A DNA stretch of 64,000 nt from Octopus vulgaris (Eukaryota), in contig OX597821.1 in assembly GCA_951406725.2 (NCBI GenBank), positions 15,190,001-15,254,000 of the forward strand, written 5' to 3'. Below are positions 1 through 14,875 of this stretch, in pieces. Made by a program: the position numbers and the translations under genes. Position 1 is the stretch's first letter. Each line of letters starts with the position of its first letter. A model generated the notes under the pieces. The model saw only the letters and a program-made list of their open reading frames with translations, was not told the DNA's origin and did not search any database.

Positions 1-1020
1 GTTCACACCACTTAGAACCAAAACGCATTTTATATTTTCAGTGATAGTTTCGTACCGAATAATAATGTATATACTTTATACGTATGTATGTATGCATGTA
101 TTACACATATATATAAAGAAAAAGAGAGGAGAGAAGAGTGGGGGAGAGACAGATTAAGGTGGAAATTGTTTTAAACTCATATATTTTGATATTAGTATTC
201 CTAAATTCACACAAATTTCACGCATATATAACCATACTTTTCCATTGAATTATCAATAAACATGTTTTTTTGTCTCTGCCGCTAACATCCTCACAAGAAA
301 GATGTCTGATCAGATTCACTATGTGCGCTCAGGTCTAATCTTACTAGGATTTAGTCAGCTCTAGTATCATCTGATTAGTGGTACCATCGGTTATCAGTTC
401 AAGTTTCATAGCATTAACACTTTTCAATATATTCTTATCTATGAACTATTTCATCTATGCTTTAACCATTTAGCTTTGGTAAGATTGCTAATGTAAGATT
501 ATATGTTATGTGAGTGAATTCTCTTTAGTCTACAGTTACTCTAAATATCCTTATTTTTTATGTTCTTGAAGTAGTTTGTAGAAAATACATATTGATATTG
601 TATGCAATCTGTGCTATTAAATCGAATTCCTAAATTCATTGGTATTAATATTGCTATAAGATTGACTAGAAATGTTAGATTCAAATGTAGAATTACATTT
701 ATTGAAAGATTTAAAAACAATTTACTCAATAAACTTTCTCAGTTTTGGCTTAGTTGCTTCTACGTTGTTCGTGTATTTGTGCAGCAACCTCGCAACCTTT
801 GATCTTCTCTTATTTATTTATTGCTTTCAAGAAATGACCGATAAACTGAGGGCCACGAGCTAATCGTAACTCGCTGCATCATTCCAGTCGAACGCACATG
901 TAATTGAATATATAATGATGCATGTAAAATTATTTGTTTCTTTATAATTCTATGATCAGTGAACAATAAAATTCATATCCATCCATCCATCCATCCATCC
1001 ATACATACACATATATATAG

Positions 1021-1192
1021 GTGAGCATATGAGTGGAGAAACTAAGTGGAAAAAATAGTAATCGAATACTTTATTAAAGCTGCAAAATTATCTAAAGACC
1101 GTTACATAGTTTCACATGCCCGTTCGTCAGACTACAACTGTTCCTCTGAGGAACAGTCTTGAGATAATTTAGCATCTTTAATAAAAGTATAT
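1021..1192 (-). mobile_element. Penelope-like (PLE) terminal-repeat remnant with fold-back arms and hammerhead motif
   Basis: Imperfect inverted arms (tactttattaaagctgcaaaattatct / agataatttagcatctttaataaaagta), TA-flanked, similar to 41761-41941. Confidence 0.6.
1099..1134 (-). ncRNA. Minimal type I hammerhead ribozyme motif
   Basis: Minus strand: gt CTGACGA ac-gggcat-gt GAAA ctatg TA ac; core intact, stems very short. Confidence 0.6.
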
Positions 1193-1193
1193 A

Positions 1194-1274
1194 AATGGCG
1201 GTGCCCCAGCTAAATGGCGGTGCCCCAGCATGGCCACAGCTCATAAGCTGAAACTAGAATCAATCAATCAATCA
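1194..1274 (+). mobile_element. Extreme 3' tail of the CR1-like LINE (solo, with short tandem duplication)
   Basis: aaatggcggtgccccagcatggccacagctc..agctgaaactagaatcaatcaatc matches 20290-20356. Confidence 0.85.
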
Positions 1275-3079
1275 TGTGTGTGTGTACGTGTGTGCGCATG
1301 TGGGTGGTTGGGCTTGGGGCATGTGTGTATAAAAGAGCAAAATTATAATTGTTTGGTATTTTTCTAGTGGACTTAGAAAATTTAATGTTCTACATTAATA
1401 AAAATATAAATAGATAAATAAATAAAAAGTTACTTTAGTTGACGAACAAAAAACATTTTTCTGCTGTTATATTTAAGGCAGTAACTATTTTCACGTGTCT
1501 AAATGAATACATCACACAAAAACAGTTCCATACACAGCTGAAAATGACAAGAAGGAGGCCTGGCACAAAGTATGTCCGTTTATGACATGAAATAAACTGG
1601 TTGGTATTACCACGTTCATTCTGAATCTGAAATAGTAATCCTTCAGCCCAACTAAAAATATTTTAAAAGCCGTTTTACACACGGCATTTACCTACTTTTA
1701 AGGTAATTTAACATGCGGAAAATCCTTCATCATTATAAGTGAGTCTAAAAGTTTTTTTTGTTTTTAAAGTACAGATTTCTACGCCTTTGTATGATCATGG
1801 TTGCATAATTCTATCCGTTTTCACTTGAAAGACACAGAAATCTTTCCAATCCTGCCACCCATTTACAAATGTCTGCTTTAAAATATTGAAGAAGTTTTCA
1901 TGCTTCCATTGTTTCTCTCCTTATCTCTTTTAATGAATCTGCTGTTTTTTTGTTGTTGTCTGTACTGCATTATGCAATTATACTGCTATGGCGCAATGTT
2001 AGAAGTAATTCTGAAGTCCTTGATGTTTTGAAATTTAGCTACTATGGCTACTTCCATTCAAGCGTATCTAGTATTGATTCTGCTTCTCTCCAAATATCAG
2101 TACAAATCGTGTCAACCAGAAAAGTAATAGCTTATCAATACAAGCTTTCAACTCTCTATTATCTTACGTATCATCTACTGTTGACATCTCTTTCCATCTT
2201 TGTTTCAATAACGTGGTTCTACAATAACTGTTTATTGAAGTTGTAGATTCTACAGTTCTGTCTCTTATTCATTCGTTCTCTAACATTTCTAGGCTCGACT
2301 TTAAGATACAGCATTCATCATAGAAATATTGGTGGTTTTGGTTTATTTACTTTAATCGTCTTTGTTTTGTTTGGATATTTAGAATATATTTCTTTAATGA
2401 GATATATTTATATTATTTCTCCTTCTACTACTAATTCATTTTCTTCTACTCTTCCTCTTTCGCTTTCTCCTCCCTGTCTCTCTCGCATTTTCTTACTGCA
2501 GCTGCTGTTACCGTTGCGTTGCAGCCGCTGTCGTGACTGTTACGGTTGCTGCTGTTAATGCTATTTTTACTGGCAAGCTTACAAATATAAGTAATATAAA
2601 ACTAGTCTCATTTGCACCCATATCTATCAACTTCCATTTAAAAAGATATTCACCACCTCCAAACTTGTGGAACTACGACTGTCGAAAATAACTGACTGTG
2701 AATCTGATCTTTGACATCGATTATCATCACATCTTACCATAAAAGCCGGACTATGAATAGTATTTGTACTGAAAATGCTAGGCTTGACTTTAAGAAGTCA
2801 CCTTAGAGCTCATCCTGATCTCTCCTCACCTTATTGTCAACATGTTTCCTATATGGTCGATAAGCAAGAAATACGAAGAGCGTCTTTTACAGTAAAAATA
2901 TATGGCATCTAGGTATGATCTACAGAGACTTTTACACAGACATATACAACTTACATATACAATCATTCTCTGATGCACCTATCGACAAGAAAGCATTAAC
3001 TCATTGATGTGTGATCCGAAGCTTCCTGCCCGTAAATAACCACTGTGTGAAATGTATCTGGGTGCACTTAAACATATAA

Positions 3080-3124
<45 letters not shown>

Positions 3125-3968
3125 CGTGTGTGCCTATGTGTGGGCACGTGTATGTGCGTGTGTGTTTGCGTCTGAGTGTGTGTGTATGGGAATATGTATA
3201 TATATATATATATATGCATACAGACAGTCAAAAACACACATACAGGCTGTCACACACACATACACGGATAAACAGACGCACACACCAGCGTTACACGGGT
3301 GCCTAACATATAAAAAGAATTTTTGTTAAGTGCTTTTTATAATGTAATTGGGAATATAGTTATTGTAATGCACATAGATACCAAGATTTAAATTTAGATA
3401 GATTTCTATGACGTGAGCAAAATTCTGAGACAGCATTTATTGATAAATTTAAAAATGTGAGTTCATGAAATGCCATCGAATTTGATTTACTTTATATACT
3501 TTTAATTCTAAATTGAAAATCAACTCATAAAACAGATTCAGGTTTAACAGAGCTCTACAATATTCAGCAAGAGCTCTGACAAATGACATTTCTTGTGCCT
3601 CAGATTAGATTTCTGATAAAACTGTCTTGCTTGTATATGCAGCAGAGGGTTAGTCATAACAAAAAATATGGTCTTGTTTTTCTAATCCAGTAATCACATT
3701 GACTCAGTGAATAATTGACTGCCATTGAAAAACGTAGTTCACTGGAACCTAAACGGTTAGAATGAATAGGCATATCTGATCAGTTGAGGGCAATACGTTC
3801 ACTGAAAAGTTCTTCGTTTGCAAAGCTATCAACATGCTGGATTCATTTACATGCAGCATAAATGTTTTGACATCCGGTTTTGTTACAGATATTTGGGGAA
3901 ACCAAATTTTGTAGCAAAACACTGAGTCTTCTTACAGTCAGCTGCAAAAATGTGAAGAAGGAGAGAGA

Positions 3969-4011
<43 letters not shown>

Positions 4012-4144
4012 CAGTGATAGTTGGCAACAATAACATTAACTATAGTCGTTGGATTAGTATCTGCTGAATGTCAATAGCTGCATCTATATTCTGTACATTG
4101 TCATTTCTGAGAAAGCATTACACATTCTAGAAATCTGTGTGCCG

Positions 4145-4180
<36 letters not shown>

Positions 4181-4279
4181 TTACATATCTGTGTGTCTGT
4201 TTATGTATGTGCATATATATATAAGGAAAATAAGTCAAGGTAGTAAATGCTGAAATAGCTTTATCATAAAAAACATTTT

Positions 4280-4313
4280 AGTACCAGTTTCAGTCATTGA
4301 GACTTTTTCAACT
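4280..4313 (-). ncRNA. Hammerhead-like motif, U3-A8 variant
   Basis: Minus strand: ag TTGAAAA agtc-tcaat-gact GAAA ctgg TA ct; lies ~55 bp from a TA tract. Confidence 0.5.
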
Positions 4314-4471
4314 CTACGTATGGAAAGCCATTAAATTTTTGAAACATTAAAAGAGCCTTTTAAAAAGATTTGCATAGTATTCAAATACAAGGGGCATTTT
4401 CATTGTTTCTGCCTGTCTCTCTCTCTCTTTCTTTTTTACTCTTGTGGGTTCGAGGTTGTGAATTCTTGGAA

Positions 4472-4482
4472 GAGAAGAAGAA

Positions 4483-4529
<47 letters not shown>

Positions 4530-4560
4530 AGAAGAAGAAGGGGAAGAAAGTGAAGAAGGA
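4472..4560 (+). repeat. (GAA)n microsatellite
   Basis: Direct reading. Confidence 0.95.
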
Positions 4561-4984
4561 ATGCGGGAGTAGTATGATAGTAGTAGGATGTTAAATGGTC
4601 AAGTGCCCTGAAAGTGACTTGTGGATGGTGGCAGTGATTGAATTCTTGAGGTTTCTCTTTTGAATGTATTGTTTATAATATTTGCGTGGGTGTTCTTCTA
4701 AGTAGCAGCAGTAGTAAAGTAAGAAAGGAAATGCCGGAGAACGAAGAAGAAGACGAAGGAGAAGAGAAAGAATAATTGTTTCACGAAAAGATCGGGTGAA
4801 TGTAGTAAGGATGGCACGTCTGAATGACGGAGCCATCTTAACTATAGTCCTATGAACTAAGGAGAAAGAGAAAGAGTAAGAGAATGAAGGCTGAATGTAT
4901 TTGAATCATACCATTTTGAAGTGTAGCGCTTCAAGCCGTTGAGCAAATGAATAAGCTAGAAATTTAATTGGTATGTTAATCTTT

Positions 4985-5690
4985 CTTTAGGGGCAACACG
5001 GTGAAAGGCTTTTACGTTTCGAGCCTACGCTCCACAACAGAAAGGAACGATAGAAAATAAACAAAGAGAAAATAAGTAAACGTGTGGATTTGGCGATCAA
5101 GCATGGTGACTGGTTGGGAAAAAAGTTTTGACAGGAGAGGTAGAAAGAAGAGGAGATAAAGTATCGGTGTTCCCAAAACGAATATCGTGTACGTGTGTGT
5201 GTAAGTGAGAATGTGTGTGTGTGTGGATAGGGGCTAGTGATTTTGACTTGTGTGGATGTGTGCATGTGTAAGTTTGTACGTCTGTAATGTGTAGGTGTGT
5301 GGAGAATGGTGTGTGGATGATGATGTGTAGATGTGCAGATGATGGTCTGTGGTGTATAGTACTGGGAAGTGGTCGGTGCTAGCGTGTGTGGAGTGATGTG
5401 GTGTGGTGGTGTGCGTTGGGGTTGTTTGTGTGGGTGGGGATGTGGGTGTGGGATGTGTGGGATGGTTGGTGGTTGGAGGGGGTATCAACGAAGAGAGAAG
5501 GTGGGTAGGATTGAAGGGAGGAAGTAGGTGTCAGATGAAGAAAGGAGGGGAGTTCAGCCCATGTGGTGCAAAGCAGAGAAGAGAGAAGATTAATTCCTGT
5601 TCCGGATAGACTTCCTGTGCACAGACAATCCGAACTCAGACAAGTATTGTAGTGAATGACCGGTAAAGCGGAAATGGCGCGTGACCAGGC
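4985..5690 (-). mobile_element. Penelope-like retroelement 3' fragment (GIY-YIG C-terminus, low-complexity 3' region, degenerate hammerhead)
   Basis: Minus translation LVTRHFRFTGHSLQYLSEFGL..(frameshift)..EQELIFSLLCFAPHGLNSPPFFI* (5690-5531) fits the HF..HS..E..LIF.L...P.GLN end of PLE GIY-YIG domains; hammerhead-like motif at 5009-5044. Confidence 0.7.
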
Positions 5691-5710
5691 TGTGTGTGTC
5701 TCTCTCTCTT

Positions 5711-5761
<51 letters not shown>

Positions 5762-7514
5762 GTATGAATATGTTAAATTCAAATTACAAGGAACGTAAAT
5801 AAAAAAGAAAACGAAGTTTGCTTTAGAAGCGTTGAGATGCCATAGAAAGTTAAAGAAGTGATTTTAAATTATCAAACGCAGGATAATGCTAATAATATAG
5901 CCTGAACAGGATAAGCTACCTCTAGTTTGCAGAAAAAAGATTTGGCAGCCGGCTATGAGTCTCATAGCCGACCACCAACACTTTATGCATATATATTAGA
6001 CAGATATTTGAAAAGATTCCATCTCCTTCCGCACGTAGTCAATCCGAGGCTATAGTGGATGTTTTGATGTATCTGCTCATGTTTATTACCTATAAAAAAT
6101 TGTTATCGGTTGTTAGATTTTTAGCGAGGGGATTAAGGCAAGCACATATTGCCAACATTAATTTTCGGACATTATAATCTGAAAGATTTTTTTTATATCG
6201 TGTAATCTTAAACTTATTTAGTCGTTCGATGTATCAGCGTTTGTCATTTTAGTCTTCATATGTAAATTAATTTATCATTGTCAATTTACTTAGAAATTAG
6301 CTTTCTATTGTTGCTTAGAAAAACTACCATTGTTTTTTTTTTCTTCTCAGAATAGCTTCCCTTGTCAAACTGTCTTGTACAAAAATATATTTTACTTGTT
6401 TAGAAATTTCACAAATACAATATGATTCCAGCATTTATTTTCACACTTTATATCTTCTGAAGCGATTGGTTCGTTAACTAATATCTCATGACGTGGCCGG
6501 CCTGGCTTTAAACAAAGGAATCTACTTTATTTCATCTGGAGCCATTCTAATGTGTCAGAGCTGGACAATATCAATTGCTATTCTTAGAGTTTATTTGGAC
6601 TTTCTCTCGCTAAATTCTGACGAACGTCCGTTCATTCCAAGTCAGTCTTTACATCTAAACAGCAGTTATCGTAACATTCTATGTATATAGTTGTTAATAC
6701 TTTCATTATATACAGTAAGATTAATATATACTATTAATACATATCCGCTATTACTCGCTATGGTTACTTCATTAAAGAAAGCCAATATCGTTGAAAGGAA
6801 GCAGCCTATGGTTTGGGTTGGATAAAAGAAACGGAAACCGCAGTTAGCGTGCGGTGAGGCTCTCTGAATTTGACACTCTCCATTATCCCGACCAGCAGAT
6901 ATACTATTTCCTTTTACTACGTCTTCTTTGTATGTCCTCTTTCTATGAATAGATACTCTATGCGCCTTACATCGGCTACCTCTTCCTTTAATTTTTCTTT
7001 GATGGTAATAATGAAGTCTCTCACTTCGCCTTCACTTTCTGTTTGGTGAATTCCTCAAGCATAGATGACTTTATGGTATCTAGGGGTCACACATTTCAAT
7101 TTTTTTTCGTAAAATTAATCCAATGTCTCAAACTGCCATAGCTTTGTAAATGCTAGCATTATCTGTCTATTATTGTTGACGGTACAAATATTTATGTCAT
7201 GCGAATTTGCATTTTCAAGTGTCAAATTGTGACGAGTATCATTTTAGAATACGTATCGAATATTCGAAAAATATTCGGCATTTAGTTGAAAGTGGTATAC
7301 CCAGCGTTATTTGTTTTCTTATTAGTATAACTTAATCCTTCGCTAGAAAACTCTAGCATAAATATTACAAATTCCGGTTCTTAAAATAATTTAAAAACGA
7401 AAAAATAAATGTATATTCATTAGATGAAACTTTATGAAAATCCAATTCTTTCTTCCGACTATTTCAAAGCACAACAGCCACAAGAACAAGAACAACAATA
7501 ATAAAAATAATAAT

Positions 7515-7912
7515 GGTTTCAGTTTTGGTACAGGGCCAGCAACTTCAGAGGAGTGGCTAAGTCGATTACAACGACCCCACTGATTCATTGGTACTTATTT
7601 TATCGACCCCGAAGTGATGTATGGCAAAGTCAACCTCAGCGGAATTTAAACTCAGAACACGAAGACAGACGAAATACCCATTTCTTTACTACCCACAAGG
7701 GGCTAAACATAGAGGGGACAAACAAGGACAAGCAAACGGATTAAGTAGATTATATTGACTCCAGTGCGTAACTGGAACTTAATTTATCGACCCCGAAAGG
7801 ATGAAAGGCAAAGTCAGCCTCGGCGGAATTTGAACTCACAACGTAACGGCAGATGAAATACGGCTACGCATTTCGCCCGGCGTGCTAACGTTTCTGCCAG
7901 CTCACCGCCTTA
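7515..7912 (-). mobile_element. Two adjacent copies of SINE family C (Meta-domain-like core, ATT tail)
   Basis: B-box-like gagttcaaattcc and core tttgcctttcatcctttcggggtcgataaa; many copies in window. Confidence 0.8.
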
Positions 7913-7992
7913 ATAATAATAATAATAACAATAATAATAATAATAATAATAATTATAATAATGATGATGATGATGATGATAATGATGATAAT

Positions 7993-8230
7993 AAGTGTGT
8001 AAAACAAGAGGCCGGAAGTAAACACTACACAAGGATTTTCAAATCTCACCCTACCCAAGGAACAAAGACGTGGGGCATGCAAAAAATGGGAGCAATGCCA
8101 ATTATAATTGGACAGTAAATATGACAATCAAAAATGAATGAATATGATCCAAATCACGCAGGACCATCAATATTGCTGAACAAATTCCAAAAATATTTCT
8201 GCTGAGTGCATCCAACATGCACGTCTCGCT
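7993..8230 (+). mobile_element. Degraded Dong/R4-like LINE 3' fragment
   Basis: TWGMQKMGAMPIIIG parallels MWNLKTKTIPVVIG of the 15987 copy; follows an (AAT)n tract. Confidence 0.45.
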
Positions 8231-9103
8231 GACTCAGTGTAAAATCAGTAGCACAGCCTAAAGAGAACAACCACTAAATACCTGATAAACTGATTTAACC
8301 CATTCATTATATTGTCTATATGTTAAACAAACAATAGATGGAATCTCCCGTCAGAGACGACGGGCGAGAGTTCAGTTTTTGCTGAATAATTTTTGAAAAT
8401 GATTTGTTCATAGTAATTAAATATTTGTGCTGTACATGATCTCACATCCTCTATCAAATCAACGTTGCCTCTACAGATGCATATGTGCACCATACATCAA
8501 AACGATTGTAGGCAATGTGAAAGGTGGTGCATTGCGCAGGAACCCAATGTGCCGCCCGGTCAGGGAATCGAACTCACGATCGCTAGATCGTGAATGCAAC
8601 ACAAGGCAACGTGCATTCATAACCAAAAAATATCACATCACGTACTTCTGGATAATTAATATCCGATATTATAGCAATAAATCATATATCGCATTTCTAA
8701 AATCTTGCACGCCATATTGCTCCACAAATCACACAATAAATGCCAAACTAAATCCTGATGCTAAAGCACAACACCACTAACAAAGTACATACAAAGCAAT
8801 AATAGCTAAAATGGTCATGCTATAAATAATTACTCAACAGAAAAAGAAAAAAAATCAAAGTACTGTTAAAACAAGCTAATTTAGCCCTCGACATCGCTGA
8901 ATTGGCGCACTCTAAAACTCGGTTTTCTGTTCTCAATATATAATAGTGTACTCACTTCAGGCAACAGTTTTAGATGTGATGGTGTCAAGAGAATCACAAT
9001 TAACCAGTGAGAGTATAAAAACTAATAAAAATTCAGATTACTCTTATTGGCCACAAGGAACCAAGATATTTGGGACTATTGAATTATGATGATGGTTATA
9101 GTA

Positions 9104-9124
9104 ATAATGATGATGATGATGATG

Positions 9125-9210
<86 letters not shown>

Positions 9211-9237
9211 TATGATGATGAAGATAATGATGATGAC
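9104..9237 (+). repeat. (AAT)n/(GAT)n microsatellite
   Basis: Direct reading. Confidence 0.95.
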
Positions 9238-9610
9238 GACTTGTTCTTTACACTTCAATTATTAAACTGTAGTATCTGAATAACTAAAGATAGAAATTCT
9301 TCAAAACAGTAGCCATACCTGAAGCAAATTACGCATTAGCTTGACACAGTTCTTTCTGCTAAAATTACTCTCCTAAATCGACAGGTCTATATTTAAATAA
9401 TTGCATTTATCCATCAAATATTCCAATAATAATTTAGAAAAATGATGTTGATTCTAAATTTGGAAACATAATTACAATATAAAAGGAAATAAATTATCAT
9501 CATAATACGAATAGGAATTCTATCCATATGTCTTAGAATATACGTTTTCTTAATTCTCCGTCTCTTTGAGTATACACCCACACCCACTTATATGTGTACA
9601 CGAATTTATA

Positions 9611-10039
<429 letters not shown>

Positions 10040-10148
10040 ATATATATAGATATATATATATATATATGCATATATATGCATGCATACATATATACATATA
10101 TTTGCATATATATATTTCCATACACATATATGTTTATACATATATATA

Positions 10149-10236
<88 letters not shown>

Positions 10237-11178
10237 AACATATATATATGTATGTGTCTGTGTATGTAATGATAGAAACACACACGCAAAATGGATATAC
10301 ACATTTTGTTATTCATTGCTCATCACAGGATGACAGGTAGTAAACAAAGACATAAAGACACAAAAAATAGGAAAATAACCCCCTTTCTTTAATACTCATT
10401 GAAAAATCTCTTGGAAACACACTAAAACGTTTTGGCTAATAATTTCCTTTATATCTTATAGCATAGCATACCTAAGTCTTTAAACGTATGAAATGATATC
10501 AAAAATATTTCAGTCATAATACTTTATATACAGATAGATAAATAGAGAGTGAGAGAAAAGAGAGAGAGAGAGGGGGGAGTGAGGGAGAGAGAGAGTGATG
10601 TAGTAAGAAAGAGATATAGTTAGATTTATAGATATATAGAAATGAATAGAAATGGACAGAAATATATAGATAGATTAATAAACAGGTTGCTAAATACATA
10701 GGCCGCAGGTAGGTAGGTTGGTAAATAGAAGGCTTTATGATATATATCTACATGTATACTGATGAATTGTTTTATGCTGCTCAACATAAATATAATATTT
10801 GAAATATATATATGTTGGTGTGTGCGGATAATGATTATATGTCTCTATTTAATCTTCAGCGGCTTTGCTTCTAAAACTATTAGATACTCCTAGATGAGGA
10901 ATCTAATATACTTTGGGTTCACAATTAAAATGAAGTAATTCATTATTTAAAAAAAGTTTAAACGTCAGAATCAAAATTAAGTAGAAAACTCACAGAAACT
11001 AATTTGACACCTTTTATTTTAAGTCCTAATAGCGAGATCAATATTAGCGAAATTGCATTTTCTTTAGTTTTTACCACGTGAATAGTGTTTAGAAAAAATA
11101 TCTTGTTTTAATCATCTTTGAAGGGTAAGCCTTAATATATAAATATGTAAAATGATATGTCAATATACCTGCATATAC

Positions 11179-11229
<51 letters not shown>

Positions 11230-11429
11230 TGCATACCTCCATATATGCATACATATACAAACACACACGCACACACATACACTTTACTCGGCACTGTGAA
11301 GACTTTGTAATAAGCTATATCATACACGTTTTGGTCTATAATCTTGTACCTTGTATAAGCAAATGAGATACTTGGGCCATACTTTTTCCAAACTCCATAT
11401 TTCAACTTCCTTCTTACAACACCACAAAT

Positions 11430-11925
11430 GTAAGACCACTTCCTAGGGTTCCGGCAATGATTGGTACTACTACCTCCTTTTTCATCGAACACAACTGCTT
11501 TTACCTCCCAAGCTAGCCTGTCATATCAATCGATATTTCCTGATACATTGTTATCAGTTGGGCATACTATATCTATAATCCAGCATCATTTGCTTTCTTT
11601 CTCAATTAACACTATGTCTGGCTTCCTATTCTATATCTCATAGACGCAATGAATCATAAAATCTTACATGATCTTTGCATTATAAATTTTGATGATGCCT
11701 TTGGTTTTATTTTCTTACTACATTTTTTGCTCTGTCAAGTCCATACTTGTTGCAAAATGTCCAATGGACAATCCTTGCTATATTATCATGACGTCTCATA
11801 AATTCTTTCTGGGCTAGTTGCGCACACTGGCTGGAAATATGCCATACGGTTTCACTATTTTGTCCAGAAATTCTGCACTTATCTCTTTCTGATGTTTTGT
11901 CTATTCTGTATTTGATGTAATTGAT
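11430..11925 (-). mobile_element. Degraded Dong/R4-clade LINE fragment (zinc knuckle and RLE endonuclease)
   Basis: CRISGQNSETVWHISSQC..RRHD, then RKPDIVL..CWIIDIVCP and VVPIIAGTLG with stops; abuts an (AAT)n tract in sense orientation. Confidence 0.8.
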
Positions 11926-11933
11926 TGTTGTTG

Positions 11934-12024
<91 letters not shown>

Positions 12025-12499
12025 CATCATCATATTAACAATATGATATAATATCGCTGCATGAAATATAATAATAATAATAATTTGTAACTGTGGATCG
12101 CAAAGTATAATAAAAGCTAGATCATACTGATTGATATATTTACTTTAAGTGAAAACTATGTGAATATATACGATAATTGTATATTTTGACAGAATAGGAA
12201 TAGAAAACATGAATGTAAAAAGTTCACCAAAATCATTCAAAATATTTGAACTGTCATAGATAGCTCATAGAACTCAATACTAAGAATTTTTTGAAAAAAT
12301 AAATGATTTTAGACTGCAGAATGAATATGATGTTTACAAAAAATATCGTGTACTGAAAGAATTTATTTTAGCAATAATTAATGAGGATTCTATGTCTATT
12401 TGTTATCTGTGTGTGAAACGAGAGAAAATAGAACAATTCTAAAAGCGTTGGATAGGTTTTTCGGGAAAACGGCATAAACAGGACACAAGTTCCGTATAA

Positions 12500-13400
12500 T
12501 GTGCACTTAGAAAGTCATACCATAACCTGATCAGTACTTCTATGGACGGTATACTTCATATAACACAGCAGAAATGATTCTACTCTGGATATCTAAATCA
12601 TGAATAACTGTAATTAAGACTAGAAGCAATATACATCCACGACAAACCAACCATTTTGTGTAGGTAAATTTAGACTTTTATTATCTGTGACATTAATGAT
12701 AAATATTATGTATATGGTCTATTTTCTTAAACACTAATCCGTTCTCTATTACAATGCCCAGCAGCGTTTGCTGATAAATACTCTTGGAAATATAACGACA
12801 TAGCGAAAATTATCTATTTAGCCTTAGAGACCTCCGCTTTAAAGTCCCCACCATACGCTAGCGATCTTCTTTTAAAATCTGATGATGTTAAAAAGCATCT
12901 TTGGAACTTTATCATACAAATAGATAGCAACTCTTAGTCTGGTGACGTTTTCTATGATAAAAGTGACGAAAGATTTTTAGTATTTGGCTTCGCAATACGA
13001 TAAAACTACAGAAGTTCGTTTGACTTAACAATGCAAACTAACTGTGCTAAGATACTAAACACTATTGATTTCAAACCTTTGTTCTATTTTGTAAACGATC
13101 CCGTTAGGTATATACAGAATGTTTTTTTGCTTTTTACTATTTTTTATTCTATGCCTGTGTATAGAACATGTTAAGTTCTATGCACGGATATGGAAGCGTT
13201 TGAGAAAATAGAAACTCGTGGGTCTGCATATATTGCTAATGCACAGTATACTAACGACATGTTGACTAATAATTGTATAAAAAATATTTTTGATACTGAA
13301 AAATAATATTGGTAAATTTAGGGACGATAATTATGATTGATATGCAACATATGATGAGAAGGATTATATGCTTCAAAATGATCATTTGTTAATTAGTGAA
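12500..13400 (+). mobile_element. Possible very old RTE-like LINE remnant
   Basis: Scattered short motifs in expected order (AFAD, F*YLAS, MEAFE); boundaries approximate. Confidence 0.3.
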
Positions 13401-13689
13401 TTTTAATTAACTCTAAAATAAAATCATCTTGCCGAAGTTCTTTTATTTATCCAAACAGGATGAAACAAAAACCGCGAAAGTTGGGAGTAAATAACATTAA
13501 TTTGGCAATATTTTCTTTCTGAATCCATCGTCTTTTGTTATATTAGGAATGATAATAACTTACTAACGTACAAAACTTAAACAATAGAAATAAATGTAGA
13601 TAATATTGCTCAATAATACATATATGCATATATGTGTGTATATATATATTTTTATATATACATATATACACACATACATATATACATAC

Positions 13690-13720
<31 letters not shown>

Positions 13721-13728
13721 CACGCATG

Positions 13729-13763
<35 letters not shown>

Positions 13764-13915
13764 TTACATACATACACACGCATATATACACATATATATA
13801 TATATACATACATATAGATATAGTTTTACCACAGATCCGAATCGTCCTTGGAAAAATTTAAAGCTTTCTATATTTCCCCTCTTTCACAATTATTCAGACT
13901 TTCTTTCATATTATT

Positions 13916-13949
<34 letters not shown>

Positions 13950-14309
13950 AATCCCATTGTCTCTGTCGTTTTCTGTATTACACCATCACATTCACTAGCA
14001 CAAGCAACGGTAACGATCTCTTACACATAAACATAGACACAAGCATGAGAACGATCATTATTTCTGCATTTATACACAGTCGAAAACAGAATATTGTCTA
14101 CATATAAGAAAGATACTTAATGTATACCTCTACTTACATTGCTAGGTTAGCTTGAAGGAGACGTTTATATAAGATTTTATTAATTTTGCTTTGAAATACA
14201 TCGAAAACAAATTCTTATCTACATTAATAACAGACCAATAAATAAATAACCATCATCAAAATAATTTGTTTTAGCAATAAAAGAACATAAAAATAAAATA
14301 AAAAACAAA

Positions 14310-14527
<218 letters not shown>

Positions 14528-14821
14528 TGTGCTTTCAGTATAATTTTCTTTTCAGCTTCACAATATTATCAGTAATGCATACATATGAGTGCATTTATTC
14601 CAGCATAAAATGGGAAGCGCGTGCGCGAAACGCACGCACGCATACATATACACATACGTATAAACACGTATACACACATACAAACATATTTGAAATTCAC
14701 ATATACTTATAAATATACAAAATGAATACATATATATTTTCATATATATATACATATATATATGTATATATAAATAACAAATACATGTAGATATATACTA
14801 ACATACACACACACGCGCACG

Positions 14822-14875
<54 letters not shown>

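Noticed and set aside
600-1001. AATAAA plus (ATCC)n suggesting a LINE 3' end
   Set aside because: Upstream translation gives no recognisable RT-family motif
2600-2880. Possible RTE C-terminal LRSHLRAH motif
   Set aside because: Single short motif; too little to call a feature
4591-4836. 81-aa ORF with a vague resemblance to a PLE endonuclease C-terminus
   Set aside because: No motif could be matched convincingly
10752-10815. CTGATGA..GAAAtataTA possible hammerhead with long stem II
   Set aside because: Four unpaired bases before GAAA and stems built from AT/TA low complexity; could be chance
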